Origin: the human T2T-CHM13v2.0 reference genome, Homo sapiens | NCBI RefSeq assembly: GCF_009914755.1 | Contig: NC_060926.1 | Reading direction: 5' to 3' (one strand) | Length of the DNA: 64,000 nt | Shown: piece by piece, positions 25,011 through 42,949 of the stretch | Layout: each line of letters starts with the position of its first letter | Position numbering within the stretch: the first letter of the stretch is position 1 | Position numbers and translations under genes: made by a program | Notes under the pieces: model-generated | Databases searched by the model: none | Told to the model about the DNA's origin: nothing | The model's input: only the letters and a program-made list of their open reading frames with translations

Positions 25011-26259
25011 CTGGAAGAATGTCTACCTGATATCCCTTACTCCTTCGCCAGTATCAGAACCAATCATTTACATGATACGTCATTGTATCATGCTAAGAAT
25101 ATTTTAGACTATTTTGCATTAGAGTTTACAAATGCAATTTGGTCTTTACGTGTGAGATATGTATATATGATATATATTCTGGATATAAGTATTTAAGTAT
25201 ATATCCAGAATATATGCATTTTGGGCTTAATATACCTATTTGGGAATTATAAAAGTTTTCTTTAAAAGATCACTCAAAACTATCATCTGTAGGAATTATT
25301 TACCTGCAAAATATATTGGTTTAGAAGGGTGAAAAGGATCAAGTTAGCTGATAATTGTTAAAATTCTCTACCATCCCTATGCATCTTTTAACATAAGATA
25401 AATTTTAATCATATTTAGCCATTTTATTTTTAATTTTGTAATATTTATAGCTTAACCCCATTCTAAATTGAACCAGATGGACCTTAGCTGAAACGATTTC
25501 ATCTGCAGACTCTACCTATAGGGATCTGCTCAGCAACAGGTCATTAGGGGGATTTGTTTAAGTCCTGAGTAGTAAAAAAAAAACTGCATTTACCATCAGC
25601 AGCTTCTGGAAAGAAAAATAAAAAGAAAATCAGTAAAAAACTTTGAATAGGTTTATCATAAAACATTTTTGAAACTTAGAGAGAAGAGACAATTTTCTAG
25701 AAAAGTCTATCAAACTCACTCCAAAAAATAGGAAAATTGAATGGATTTACAGTCATTAAACAAATTAAAATTTAAGCTACAATACATAAAGAACCATTTA
25801 AGCTACAAACACGAATTAAAATAAATAACCCTGTTCATAGTACTTTGAAAGGTTTGAGGCCTGAGAGATCTTACAAGTCTTCAATAAACAGATAATCTAA
25901 TCTTAAAAGAGGAAAGTTTCCAGTTCATTCATAAATATATTATACTTTTAATACCAGGTCTGAATAAAGGTTATATGAAATATAAGAACTAGAAATCTGC
26001 AAAAATTATAAACTTAGATAACCTGTCAGAAATTCAAAACATCTATATGAACAGTGTAACAAGCTGACTGAGTATTCAGGATGAAAATCATATTTTTTGT
26101 AACATAATCTCAGTAATGGCATCCATCACTTTGCTGTATTTCATTTCTCAGAATCTAGTCACTATGCCCAGCTGACACGAAAGGAGAGAGTAGTACAGAA
26201 GGATTTGATTACTGGAGGGTGAAAGTCATGATGTGGCAAGGAGCTAAACATCAGTTTGA

Positions 26260-28037
26260 TTAACATGTAGATTATTTCCATTTTTTTTTTGTCCGTTAAA
26301 AATTATCCTGCTAAGAACATTTGTATACAAGTCTTTGTGTGAACATAAGTTTCCATTTCTAGCCAATAGGTCCCTAGAAATAGAATTGCTTGATCATATG
26401 GTAACTTCATGATTAATATTTTGAGAAGTTGTCAAGCTCTTTTCTAAATCAGCCACATGGTTTTACACTTCCCACCAGCAGTGTTAGAGAATTGCAATTT
26501 CTCTACATTATCAACAGTGCTTGTTATTATATTTTTTTATTATAGCCATATTAGTAGGTATGTGAGGTACACTCTCCTTACAGTTTTGGTTTCCATTTTC
26601 CTCATGTCTAACGATGGAGCATTTTTCCATAATTAAGCATATTTCCATGTCTCTTTGGCCATTTGTATATCTTATTTGGGGAGATGTATTTCAAATATTT
26701 TGCTCATTTTTAATTGTATTATTTGTCTTCTAGTATTGAGGTATAAGATACAGATATGAGACTTGTATATAAGATATGCAAGATATATGTACAAATATTA
26801 TATATACATATATCTTATATATAGATTCCTTATCAGATGTATGATGTGCAAGTATTTTCTACCATTCTATGAGTTGTCTTTTCACTTTGTTGACTGTGTC
26901 CTTTTAAGCACAAAATCGGTAAATTTTATTGAAATCTCATATGTATTTATTATATTTTAAATATATATATGTATATATTTACCACCTGTGCATTTGATGT
27001 CGTAACTTTAAAAAACCATTGCCTGTTCCAAGGTCACCAAGGGTTGCTTATATGATTTCTTCTAGGTGTTTTGATGGTTTTATCTTTTAAATTTGTCTGT
27101 GATCCGTTTTGAATTAATTTCTATGTGTAGCATAAAAATGGGAAGAAATTGACCAGGTGTGGTGGCTCACACCTGTAATCCGAGCACTTTGGGAGGCCAA
27201 GGCAGGCAGATCACCTGAGGTCAGGAGTTCGAGACCAGCCTGACCAACACGGAGTAACCCCATTGAATATTCTTCTCTGTTGAATTTCTATGACACATTT
27301 ATCAGAAAAAAAAAAAAAAACTAGCTGTAAATGAAAGAGATTATTCCTGGATTCTGAATTCTCTACCACTGAAATCTGTGCTTATCATTATGCCAGTTCC
27401 ACAAAATCTTGATTATTGTAGCTTTGTAGTAAATTTTGTAATCTAGAAGCCTAAGCCCTCCAATGTTGTTTTTCTTCATCCAGATTACTTTGGCTGTTCT
27501 GAATTTCCATATGAATGTTAGGATCAGCCTGTCAATTTCTGCAAAAAAGCCATCTGGTACACTGATAGGGATTGTGATAAATCTATAGACAAATCTGGGG
27601 AGAATGTCCACCTTTATACTATATTATATTATGGTCACTGAACAAGAGATGTATTTTCATTTATTTAGATTGCTGATTTCATTTGCCAGTGTTTTTCACT
27701 TTTAGTATACAAAACTTGAACTTTTTAAAAAGTGAATTTCTAAAAGTTTTATTCTATGTTAATACAATGAAATTGTTTCTTGATATCATTTTGTATTTTT
27801 CATTGCTAGCATATGGTTTTTCCTACAGAATGTTTCTCGTATGTTTGAGAACTCTATGTTTTGCTGGTGTTGGGTGAAGCATTTTGTAGATATCTGCATG
27901 ATCCAGTTGGATTAGAATATTTTCAAGTGTTCTACTTCTTTATTGATCTTTTAAGTGTTCTACTCACTATTCTAAGTGGTGAATTGAGATGTATTATTAT
28001 TGAATTATCTACTTCTCCTTTTAAGTCTGTCAGTTTT
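26260..28037 (-). mobile_element. Old L1M fragment(s), continuing at ~33858-34740
   Basis: ORF 27363..27611 resembles L1 ORF2 (NIGGLRLLDYKIYYKATIIK); tttacacttcccaccagcagtg. Confidence 0.7.
27151..27261 (+). mobile_element. Alu left-arm fragment (AluS-like), 3' part missing
   Basis: ggtggctcacacctgtaatcc...gatcacctgaggtcaggagttcgagaccagcctgaccaac. Confidence 0.9.
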
Positions 28038-28053
28038 TGTTTCATGTATTTTG

Positions 28054-33841
<5,788 letters not shown>

Positions 33842-33960
33842 TGTTTCAGGTATTTTGAGACATCTTCCTGAAGGATTAACTACTTTATTATTATAAAATA
33901 CTCCTTTTCTTCTCAAGTAACATTTTTGCTTTAAAGTCAAATATGTCTGATATTAGTATC

Positions 33961-34524
33961 ATTGCAGACAAAACCAGTCCCCCAAAAGATGGAGTCTTTC
34001 CCTATTTGGTGTCACAAAGCCAATACATGAAACAGAAAGTGAGTGTCAAGCACTGCAGGATTTATTTGATGGCCATGGAATTGAGAAGCAGGAACATGAC
34101 TCACAAATTGGCTTCTCTGCTAGTGAGGGGTAAAGTGGTTAAAATATAGGGTTTCTCCAATGAAAGGACTGGGCATTAAAAACAAAGGGAGGAATATTCA
34201 TGTCTTTTCTGGAAATAGGTTGTGAACTTCCTAGGAACCAGAGTGTGCTTCCTTTTTGTACCTTTATTGCTTCTTCTGGCCATTGTCATGGTGATTGTCA
34301 GCTGTCATTGTGCTGGTAGGAGTGTCATTTAGCATGGAAATGAGATTATAATGAACCAGATGTCTTTCTGAGGTCCTTTGATGGTGATCTTGATTCTAAC
34401 CAGTATCAGCTGGACTAGTTATAAAGGAAACTTTTTACCACAGGCATTCTGTTTCTTAAAGATAAGCAGAGTTCAGACAGGGTAGAAATTCAGCAATCTC
34501 ATATAGGCATTACACTGGGTAACA
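33961..34524 (-). mobile_element. ERVL-class solo LTR (MER54/MER74-group-like)
   Basis: Minus strand begins tgttacccagtg, contains cattataatctcatttccatgctaaatgacactcc, and interrupts an old L1. Confidence 0.6.
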
Positions 34525-35344
34525 GTACAGAAACCAGTGTTCTTATGGTTTCTGTTTGCAAGATATGTCTATTTCCTTCCTTTTATTTTCAAGCTATTTG
34601 TGTCTTAATTTAACTCATGTCTCTCATACATAGCATACAGTTGAATCTTGTTTTCATTGTTGTTACTTTAATCCAGGCTGACAATTTGTTTCCTTTGTTA
34701 TCAAATCACATTTAACTCTATTATTGATATGATTGATGTTATGGGCTGAACTGTGTCCCTGCACAATTAATTTGTGAAAGTCCTAAGAGTAATATTTCAG
34801 AATTTAACTTTATTGAGAGTTAGGATATTTAAAGAGATGATTAAGTATGCCTGTATATTTAGTTTACATAATTGATCATTCACTTATTCATTCATCCAAG
34901 GAGTAGCATTTAACAAACTTTGCAGGCTGGCCTCCAAAAATTTTCACTAATGCACTCAGGACCGTAGACCTGACAATTCTCCTTAAGTTATCATTTCAGT
35001 CATGACTTCAAATTGCATAACCAAGAACAGATGTGTTCTCCTCAGACCCCAACTATGCGAATTCTTCTGGAATATTAAATACTCCAGTCAGACTGGATCA
35101 ACAATTTAATTATTTGTGTAATTCACACTAGGTTCATGCTAACATGTGTTGTGGATGAAATCTTAATCTTTTTATCTTGTCATAAACAAGGCCACCACAT
35201 GTTCATAAGCCTGACATACATAAAATGTGAGTGGGGTTTTAACAAGTGGATGGGCCATGGCAAGCTCTGGAGTGTGACAATCATTCCCACCCCAACCACC
35301 CAAGCATGGGCTGTAGAAAGAGCAAATGCAGAAGACAGAACACT

Positions 35345-35601
35345 GGATAAAAATAAGTTTGTTTTTATTTTTCAGGGCTCTAGAGACTGAGACAGGTGAA
35401 GGTACTGAAGATCAGCGATGCAAACTCATTAGGGAGGAGATGGTCTGAACTGAGTTGGAGACATAGTCTAGTTTAATTTTTGACTTCATAGTAATTGCAG
35501 GACCAGTTCTAGACATCCATTTTTCAGCTTCCTCTAGTTTTTGAACTTGCAAACAAAGGAGAACTTCTTCTCACAAGATTCATCCTTCCATTTCTTGAAT
35601 C
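35345..35601 (-). CDS. REG1B: REG1B exon 6 (last coding part, stop TAG at 35536-35534, 3'UTR; 3' end approximate)
   Basis: actatag|GA TTC AAG AAA TGG ... TGC AAG TTC AAA AAC TAG. Confidence 0.93.
35364..35369 (-). terminator. REG1B polyadenylation signal AATAAA
   Basis: tttatt on the + strand ~165 nt past the stop codon, followed on the minus strand by U/GU-rich sequence. Confidence 0.85.
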
Positions 35602-37930
35602 CTATAGTACAATGAGAAGTGTCAGACATAGAGGATCAGAAGGAGTGTAGCCCCTCCTCAACCTAGGACTCAGAACAAAAAACTAGAGGAAATACTTCTT
35701 TATTTTCCAGATAAGGAGCTTACCTTTCCTCTATCCCAGTCCCCATGTTCATCCCCAGAGATAAGTGGGAAGGAAATGGCAACAGGTGGATAGATTGTCT
35801 GCCTCTCACCTGAGCATGAAGTCAGGCTTGCACAGTAGCCAGCATTAGCACTGCTCGGGGATCCAGTGTCCCAGGACTTGTAGGAGACCAGGGACCCACT
35901 ACTCCAGTGCCAGCGGCGGTTCTAGATGGAGAAGGGCCAGAACAGGGGCCATGGTCACTCAAAAATCAATAGAATAACCAGGCCTGTGTGCACACTCAGA
36001 AACAGGCCAAGTTATAGCAGAAAGAATAAACATTGTTGTCACCATGAATATCATATCATTTCCTCTGCTTTTGCTCTAAGCTTCTCCTTCTCTAGAATGT
36101 CCGAATTCCTCCTCCTCTTCCAGCAAATAATAAGTGTTCAGAATTTGATACAGAGACCCATAAAAGCCCATTACAGAGAGTGGTTTCTGATTTTTTTCCT
36201 GAATCTCAGAACTCTCATATCCAGCATAACATTGGCTGTAGAGTAGTTGTTGATATATTATTTAGTTTATAGTGTTAAACTAAATAATATACTGTACAGT
36301 TTTATACACTTGTATAAAATGTATAACAAATGCCAGCAGTAGATTCTCCTCCACTACTCATTTTCTATATAGTCTACAGAGGGACCTCTTCCAAGACAGA
36401 CAATAGCAAAATAGGGAAAAAGTTGTACATAAAGATGCATTTCTAGAAGTAGACACAATGAGTGGGTGCATGAATTCCCAGAGCCCAGAAAATTCAGCCT
36501 TCAGCTCATGTCTCTAACTACCTACACTGAACTTCACAACTCATACATTATAGGATCTATAAAGAGGTTGCTTTTATTTAAACAAACAAAAAGATAAAAG
36601 TTGGTGATTGCGGTGCCAGACCTTAAACGTCCCTCTTACCTCTCAAAAATGTTTATAAGGAGATAGAGGTGGCTGCAGACTGACCTTTTTTGGGTCATGG
36701 AGGCCAATCCAGACATTGCTGTCATCAGTGCTACTCTCCTTAATCAGTGAGGCCACGAAGGCACCCTCCGCCTGGGTGAGCACAGACACCAGGTTGCCTG
36801 AATTCATGTTCTGGCAATAGAGCTGTTGGAGAAGAAAATGGAGCACTCAGTGGAGAAGGAAGGTGTGAGGGATATACTGAGACCTTCCAGAGGATGTAAC
36901 AGAAAAAGGACAGCACAGAAATGTCCCTGATGATGCTGTCACTGACCACCAGCATCTCTGTGCTGGGAATGTGTCAAATGATGGGATAAAGTAGATTGGG
37001 AAGTTTTGGACCAGTGGTGGAATAGGGAAGGGATCAATCTTATCTCATTGCAGCCACAGAACACACTGCAAATTAGCAGCTGCCTCTACCTTCATAAGCC
37101 TCCCTTCCCCTGCTGCTCTCCTCACTCACATCTGCATCAACCCAGGTCTCAGGGTCTTCATTAAAGTAGTAGCAGTAGGAGCGATAGGCATTGGTGCCTT
37201 CTGGGCAGCTGATTCGGGGATTAGGCAGCTCTGTCTGGGACTCCTGGCCTGGGGAAAAAAAAAAGGAGATAATTAAGAAAGAATCTCAGGGCAAGGAAAA
37301 GGCTGGAAGGTGAATTAGGGGCTTCTTGGTGTCCTTTATAAGAACATATGGATACAGTGAATACTGGGGCGATTGCTCACTTCTGCCCTCCTGCATCCTA
37401 TCTCTTTTCTCTCTAGTTTCCTCTGCTCAAGACAAGAGCTCACAATGAATAGGCTAAATAAATGAGTCCTCGTTTTCCTTTAATTCTGAGGCTGAGGCTT
37501 CTGCCTTTAAAGACCCAGGCTTCCTCCTTTCTCAAGTTTCTCTCGGTTTCCCTGCACACGTTTGCCTTAGCTCTCCATCCTAGCAATGACTACATAAAAA
37601 CATCCCCCAAACTGCCATCGCATATAGATTCAATCAGATAAACTCAACCACAATGGTCACCTATAAGTGGTCCTATTAAATTCTGTCTCAAACCCATGAA
37701 TGAGGTGAGGGTGTTTTTGAATGGGATAAAATCAGCCATAATGATCACTGAACAACATAAAAAAACCCTGATGTTGACTCTGCTTTTTTTCAAGTGAACC
37801 TTATACATGAGGATGGAGGGAAGAATTCAGAGTTGGGGTTGTGGGAAGTGTGGGGGAAAATCTCACCTTGGCTCAGAGACAGGAACATCAGGGAGGAGAT
37901 CAGCATGAAGAACGAGTTGGTCTGAGCCAT
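35534..37930 (-). CDS. REG1B: Lithostathine-1-beta / regenerating family member 1 beta, a secreted C-type lectin-domain protein. Spliced CDS join(37930..37867,37248..37130,36822..36685,35921..35810,35601..35534), 501 nt, 166 aa
   Basis: Manual splicing at GT-AG sites gives [166 protein letters not shown]. It has a signal peptide, the WIGL motif and the CTLD cysteines. Exon lengths 64+119+138+112+68=501 keep frame, and the sequence matches human REG1B as I recall it. Confidence 0.98.
35810..35921 (-). CDS. REG1B: REG1B exon 5
   Basis: tccatctag|AAC CGC CGC TGG ... TCA G|gtgaga; [10 protein letters not shown]...CASLTSCS. Confidence 0.96.
36685..36822 (-). CDS. REG1B: REG1B exon 4
   Basis: tccaacag|CTC TAT TGC ... 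AAA AAG|gtcagt; LYCQNMNSG...WIGLHDPKK, also seen inside ORF 36643..36846. Confidence 0.96.
37130..37248 (-). CDS. REG1B: REG1B exon 3
   Basis: ttttccccag|GC CAG GAG ... GCA GAT|gtgagt; 119 nt, phase 1 to phase 0. Confidence 0.96.
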
Positions 37931-37976
37931 GCTTAGCGGCAGTGAATCTCTTGCTTAAGGAGCAAATCAGCAATCT
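37867..37976 (-). CDS. REG1B: REG1B exon 2 (5'UTR, ATG at 37930, signal peptide)
   Basis: Acceptor ttctcctacag|AG and donor CAAG|gtgaga; encodes [21 protein letters not shown]. Confidence 0.95.
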
Positions 37977-38276
37977 CTGTAGGAGAACACAGGGAAGAGG
38001 GTTTGAAGAAGAGAGCAGAGCACCTGTTATCTTTCTAACATCCTCTCCTCTCTGAATTCCTGTGAGCAGAAAGGTCCACTGAGATAGCTACACTCCCAGA
38101 TATTTCTCTTTTGGTTTGGGGATAACAGAGGCCAAATTACCCGAAATCAGCTTTGGTCTTGCTTAAGTTTCATTACTACTGGGATCTTTTATTCAGAAAA
38201 TCACCCTGTATCTACCTCAAAATGAAAAGAGAAAATCCCACGTTAGACATGCTCTTCTCCTGTAATGCCCCTTTAC

Positions 38277-38312
38277 CTGTTGGTAAGTGCCTTGTCCACT
38301 TGAGGTGGCTTG
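38277..38312 (-). other. REG1B: REG1B exon 1 (non-coding 5'UTR); TSS approximate
   Basis: Donor ACAG|gtaaag at 38277/38276; TATAAA about 25 nt upstream of the inferred start. Confidence 0.8.
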
Positions 38313-38334
38313 TCAGGTCAGACAGAGTAGGAGC

Positions 38335-38340
38335 TTTATA
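38335..38340 (-). promoter_or_regulatory. REG1B TATA box (TATAAA)
   Basis: Minus strand reads gaTATAAAgct just upstream of exon 1. Confidence 0.85.
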
Positions 38341-38454
38341 TCAGGGTCTGAGAGAGAACTACATGATATAAACAATGGGTGGAGCAAGGAGTAAGGATCA
38401 GAAGGCCTACAGAGGGCACTGACAGTAAGAGATTCTGGCATCAGGAATAGCTTA

Positions 38455-38463
38455 TTCCTGGCA
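38455..38463 (-). promoter_or_regulatory. STAT3-type element TGCCAGGAA in the REG1B promoter
   Basis: GAS-like motif ~145-150 nt upstream of the TSS; REG1 genes are known IL-6/IL-22-STAT3 targets; a close variant sits at the same position in the orphan paralogue (22704-22712). Confidence 0.7.
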
Positions 38464-38559
38464 CACATTAGGAGTGGTCACAAATGACATCAACTTACCA
38501 CAAACAGGTTGGCAAACTGTCCAAGTTGATGTTGAGCTTTGCCCTTCCTCTGCAGCATC

Positions 38560-38578
38560 CAGGTGTCCAGTTCCCATG
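38560..38578 (+). promoter_or_regulatory. Bipartite PTF1 (PTF1A/RBPJL)-like site: E-box CAGGTG plus TC-box TTCCCATG
   Basis: CAGGTG-tccag-TTCCCATG with one-helical-turn spacing, as in pancreatic acinar promoters. Confidence 0.6.
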
Positions 38579-38789
38579 GCCTTTAGCAGTCCTAGAAAGA
38601 GCAGAAGAGTAGATTTCTTTGTGCTAGGTAAATGTGGGATGATCCTTTCTTTGGTTTAGGCATGGGTAGGGGTAGGGGAAGAGTCAACTGAGCCCAAATG
38701 ATTAAGCCCAATTAGCTGGTGGCTTTAAGTCATTTCTCCATTCCCTTTCAGGTTCAGGAACCTCTCAAGACCTACTTCAGAAGGCAAGG

Positions 38790-39179
38790 TGTATTAGTCC
38801 TTTTCATACTGCTATAAAGATAATACCAGAGACTGGGTAACTTAAAAAGGAAAGAGGTTTAATTGACTCATAGTTTAATTGACTCACAGACTTTCCTGAG
38901 GATGGGGAGGCCTCAGGAAACTTACAATCATGGAGATGAAGGGGAAGCAAAGCATGTCTTACATGGTGGCAGGTGAGCAAGAGAGAGTGGAGAGGGAAGA
39001 GCCCTTTATAAAACCATCAGATCTTGTGAGAATGCACTCACTATCAAGAGAACAGCATGGGGGAAACTACTCCCGTGATCCAATCACCTCCCACTAGGTT
39101 CCTCAATCCACACATGGGGATTATGAGGATTACAATTTGAGATGAGATTTGGGTGGGGACACAGAGCCACACCACATCA
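38790..39179 (-). mobile_element. THE1 (THE1C/D-like) solo LTR ~480 bp upstream of the REG1B TSS, TSD CAAGG
   Basis: tgtattagtcc...gaggcctcaggaaacttacaatcatgg...gagatttgggtggggacacag; perfect 5-bp TSD. Confidence 0.88.
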
Positions 39180-39788
39180 CAAGGTTTAGTAGTTACGTAA
39201 ATTTAAGCCAGCGTTTCCAGCAAGGTTTCAGCATAAGTAGCTAGCATGATACAGATGTTCTCAAAGTCCAAGCAGGTGGGAACTGCAGGGAGCTGATGCC
39301 TAAGTAAGCTCAAAGTAATGGAATATGAAGTTGTTGGTTTGAAGTCAATTGTCTGTTGTTGTGAAGTTACAGATAGTGATGTGAAATTAAAAGCTTACTG
39401 AAATTCCCATTAAATACCCATTCAGAATCAGGGAACAAGAGCAAATCTGGAATTTAAAATTCAGTTGAAAAACTAACCAAAATGTTCACAGAAATAGAGA
39501 TGGCTATATCAATTGGGATAAATGACAAAATAATATATTTTGAAATACTAACAGGAGTTAAATTAAATAAACTAAATATATTTATATAAACATGAGCTCA
39601 TTTCAAAAGCATATATAAACAAAATGAATTTTAAAAGTTGCAAAAATTTACAAACTAATAATATTTATATGTGCTTTAAAAAAGCTAATTATTTATATTT
39701 TTTTATCTATTCACATGTAGTTTAAAGTAAAATAAATCCGTAATAAAACACTATACAAAAAATTTTCATACTCATTAGAAATGCAAAA

Positions 39789-40343
39789 TGTTTGTTTCTC
39801 AGTTCTGCAAGGAAAAGTCAGCATTCAGACAAAAAGTTCTCTCAGCGAGGCAATTTTTAATTTCTGCAGAAAGGATGCCCCTCACAGATGGAACAATGGC
39901 AAGGGCATACACAGAATGAAGAGACACCAGAATATTTATTCCTTACGCATGAGGTCCCTATTGCTGTGTCCTGTCTCCATTGGCTGGAGCCAGACCTCAC
40001 AATCTAAATTAAAACCTGATTGGCTAATAATTTAAAACTTTTTAAAATAGGTACAAAAATAATAATATTTCCAAATAAGGAAGGGGCACAGGCTGTGAAC
40101 TAGGACATACCTATGAGCACGTCCAACACAAATATCTTGGTTAAGGTACAAGGACATGGAATGTACTACGTGCCTGTGACTGTTCAACAGCTATATAAGA
40201 TAGGGCTTAACAAAGAGTTATTAGCGTAAAGCGAGGGGGCTTGAAGGAAGTTCGTCTTTAAAATAAACTATTATTTCTAACACTTATGATTTATTCTTTA
40301 ACAAGAAGGGAAACTTTGAACAGGGATCTTTTTACCGTCTACA
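39789..40343 (-). mobile_element. LTR10-family (LTR10D/E-like) solo LTR
   Basis: Minus strand reads tgtaga...ttcaaagtttcccttcttgttaaagaataaatcataagtgttagaaataatag. Confidence 0.75.
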
Positions 40344-40645
40344 TTACTGTTTTCCTGGAGAATATATAATTTTGTCCCTTTATAATAATCATTTTAAACA
40401 TAGATGACAGAGGTTAATACTGTTTAGTCTAACAGGTTCAAAAGTGTTTGTCAAACTACTCTAATTTATTTCAGCATTTTCTAAAAATAATTATGTTTTC
40501 TTTAAAGCTTACAACCAGAGAAAGATTTGAGTTTTTTTTTCTGTAAGAATTTCAATCATATTATTCAGAGTTAGAAAGGGATGAAGAAAAGAGAAATCTA
40601 GTATGCTTGTTACCATAAGTTTATCTTGCCAAAATCAAACGAGCA

Positions 40646-40962
40646 ATTATTATTAGTAGTAGTAGTATTATCATTATTTTTGAGACAGGGTCTCTCTTTG
40701 TCACCTAGGCTAGAGTGCAATGGCTCAAACAAGGCTCACATCAGTCTTGAGCCCCTGGGCTCAACTGTTCTCCCGCCTCAGCCTCCTGAGTAGCTGGGAG
40801 TATAGGCGCACACCTCCACGCCAGGCTAATTTTTGTATTTTCAGTAGAGACAGTGTTTTACTATGTTGCCCAAGCTGGTCTCAAACTCCTGGGCTCAAGC
40901 CATCTGCCTGCCTCAGCCTCCCAAAGTGCTGGTATTATGGGCAGGAGCCACTCTGTTGGGCC
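40646..40962 (-). mobile_element. AluJ
   Basis: tgagacagggtctc...cctgggctcaa...ctcaaactcctgggctcaagc; degenerate (TAA/TAG)n tail. Confidence 0.9.
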
Positions 40963-42949
40963 AATTTTTAAAAATTAATACAAAAAAATTATTTGTGGTA
41001 ATTTTTTAAATGAGAGTTTTTCTTTACATCAAGAAGACTTCAACTAGACAATGACTTTTCAGGTACAAAAGATCTAATACTTTCAAATATATAATAAAAC
41101 ACATTGTGGCTAGCACGATATGAAAGCATTTTAAAACAAATAACAGTTGACGCAACTCTCATAAAATGTTTATTGCCCCAATAGCTGTATGCCCGTTTAG
41201 ATAACTAACCGTTATTGCTCACATAGGTTACTGACCAAATTCCACAGGCCAGGTAGTAAAATTGAGGACATTTACTGGCAGCCACTTTGGTTCCAAAATG
41301 ATGCCTTTGTCAAGGAAGCCATATTTCCCAATCCTTTAAGATTTATCTCCTTGTCCTCAGGATTCTGAAGGTCCTGTCCCCTGAACTAGTTTTACAAAGT
41401 TCTAAGAAGCTGATTTTAGGCCTTTCCTATCTATTTCTTCTGCTAGTCTTCACATAGGTGGAAAGGGGTAAACTGGATAACTAGTGTTAGTATATCCCCA
41501 AATGGGGGCAATTTCTTGATACGCCTCAATAAAGCTTAGAGAGTTTCAAGACTATGGCTTATTTTTAGCGCTATTGGCCATCTTCTATCTGCTGTTCCCT
41601 GTTTTCCACCTTTTAACAGATTTTAGACTTATTATGGAGACAGAATCTCTCTTTTGTTTAAAACTTTTGGCAGGCATGTGAATAACAGCCTGTCTGCAAA
41701 CTTCAGACTGGAAAGGAAAGGAGCTGAAGGAGTACCATATGCCCCAAGAATTTTCCATGGTCCGCTGTATTGTGCAGATGTAAAGAAACTTCCTTATAAA
41801 TTAGCCTCTTCTGCTTCACAGGAAAGCTTCAGTTTATTTAACACAAATTTTCATCATGTGCTCTCTATGCCAGGCACTATTCTAAATGCTTAACAAATAG
41901 GCACCCACTTAATCCACATGACAACTTTGTAATATGGGTACTAGGAGGAACCATATATCACATATGAAGAAACTGAAGGTAAGAGCAGAGCTAAGCAACT
42001 TCCCCAAGATCAAACAGTTACTCTACATTGAAGCTAGATTCAAAGGCAAGAAGTTTTGCTTCGCATTCATTTTCTTAGCTCAATGAAACCTGCTAGTTTC
42101 CTTCTCTTTATTTCTTTCCACATTCAACCAGTCTAGCTCTCTGAGGCCTAATTTCAGTATAGAACCACCCATTGATCATGGCCATGGCCAGAGGCCCCAC
42201 AAGAAGAACTTGAAAAAAAAATACATTTAAGATACTAAGCACCCAGTCCTTACCCTGCAAGTTAATTTGTCCTTTACACACGCTATCATCACAATCCTCT
42301 GTGTGTGTGTGTACGTGTTTTTAAGGAAATGGGAATTGTTCTTTAGAGTCCTCGTTGTAAGGTTTTTGTATCGGTTCAAACCCCGAGAGCGTGCCAACAG
42401 ACAACAGGAGATGGTGTGTAGCAACATGCTGTTTTAATGAGCACCTGGGTGCAGGCAGGCTGAGGCCTAAAATGGCTTCAGCCCCAAGTGAGGAAGGGGC
42501 AAAGGTTTTATAGTCTCCTGTAAACAAGAAGTGTCCTAGTCTGACATAACTGCTACGTTGTACCCAGATGGCCTCTTTCTGGATCTTCAGGGGTACGTGT
42601 CTTCCAGCTGGCTCTCTTCCTGCTTCTGCTATCTTGCTGGTGCACGCTGCTGGTGCAAATAGCCTTGCACCCTTGGGACTGGGCCTGAGAAGGGAGGAGT
42701 TATTCATTTCCTTAAGCTTTCAGGCCCTGGAGAGAATCTTACATTCCTGTCTATTTGGTTATAGAAAAGGGAAAAGGGATAACTACTTCAGGCGTGACAT
42801 AGGGGTGGTATGGGCACCTTGGAAAAAGAAAAATTTAATTTTTGGTGTATTCTTAAGAGACGGGTTAGTATCTATAGTGTCATTGTAGCAGGAGCATCAT
42901 CTGGATTGTCTGGCAGTTAACTGTAGTTTCAACAAGAGTTTTAATGGCT

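Noticed and set aside
26740-26980. TA-rich quasi-repeats and a 65-aa Tyr/Ile-rich ORF
   Set aside because: Low-complexity (TA)n expansion within an old L1.
36643-36955. ORFs 36643..36846 and 36740..36955 as separate small genes
   Set aside because: They are REG1B exon 4 read through into flanking intron, or the same exon in another frame.
42321-42707. Near-identical ORFs at 42321..42707 and 49582..49872 as duplicated genes
   Set aside because: They are the two MER48 LTRs of one provirus.
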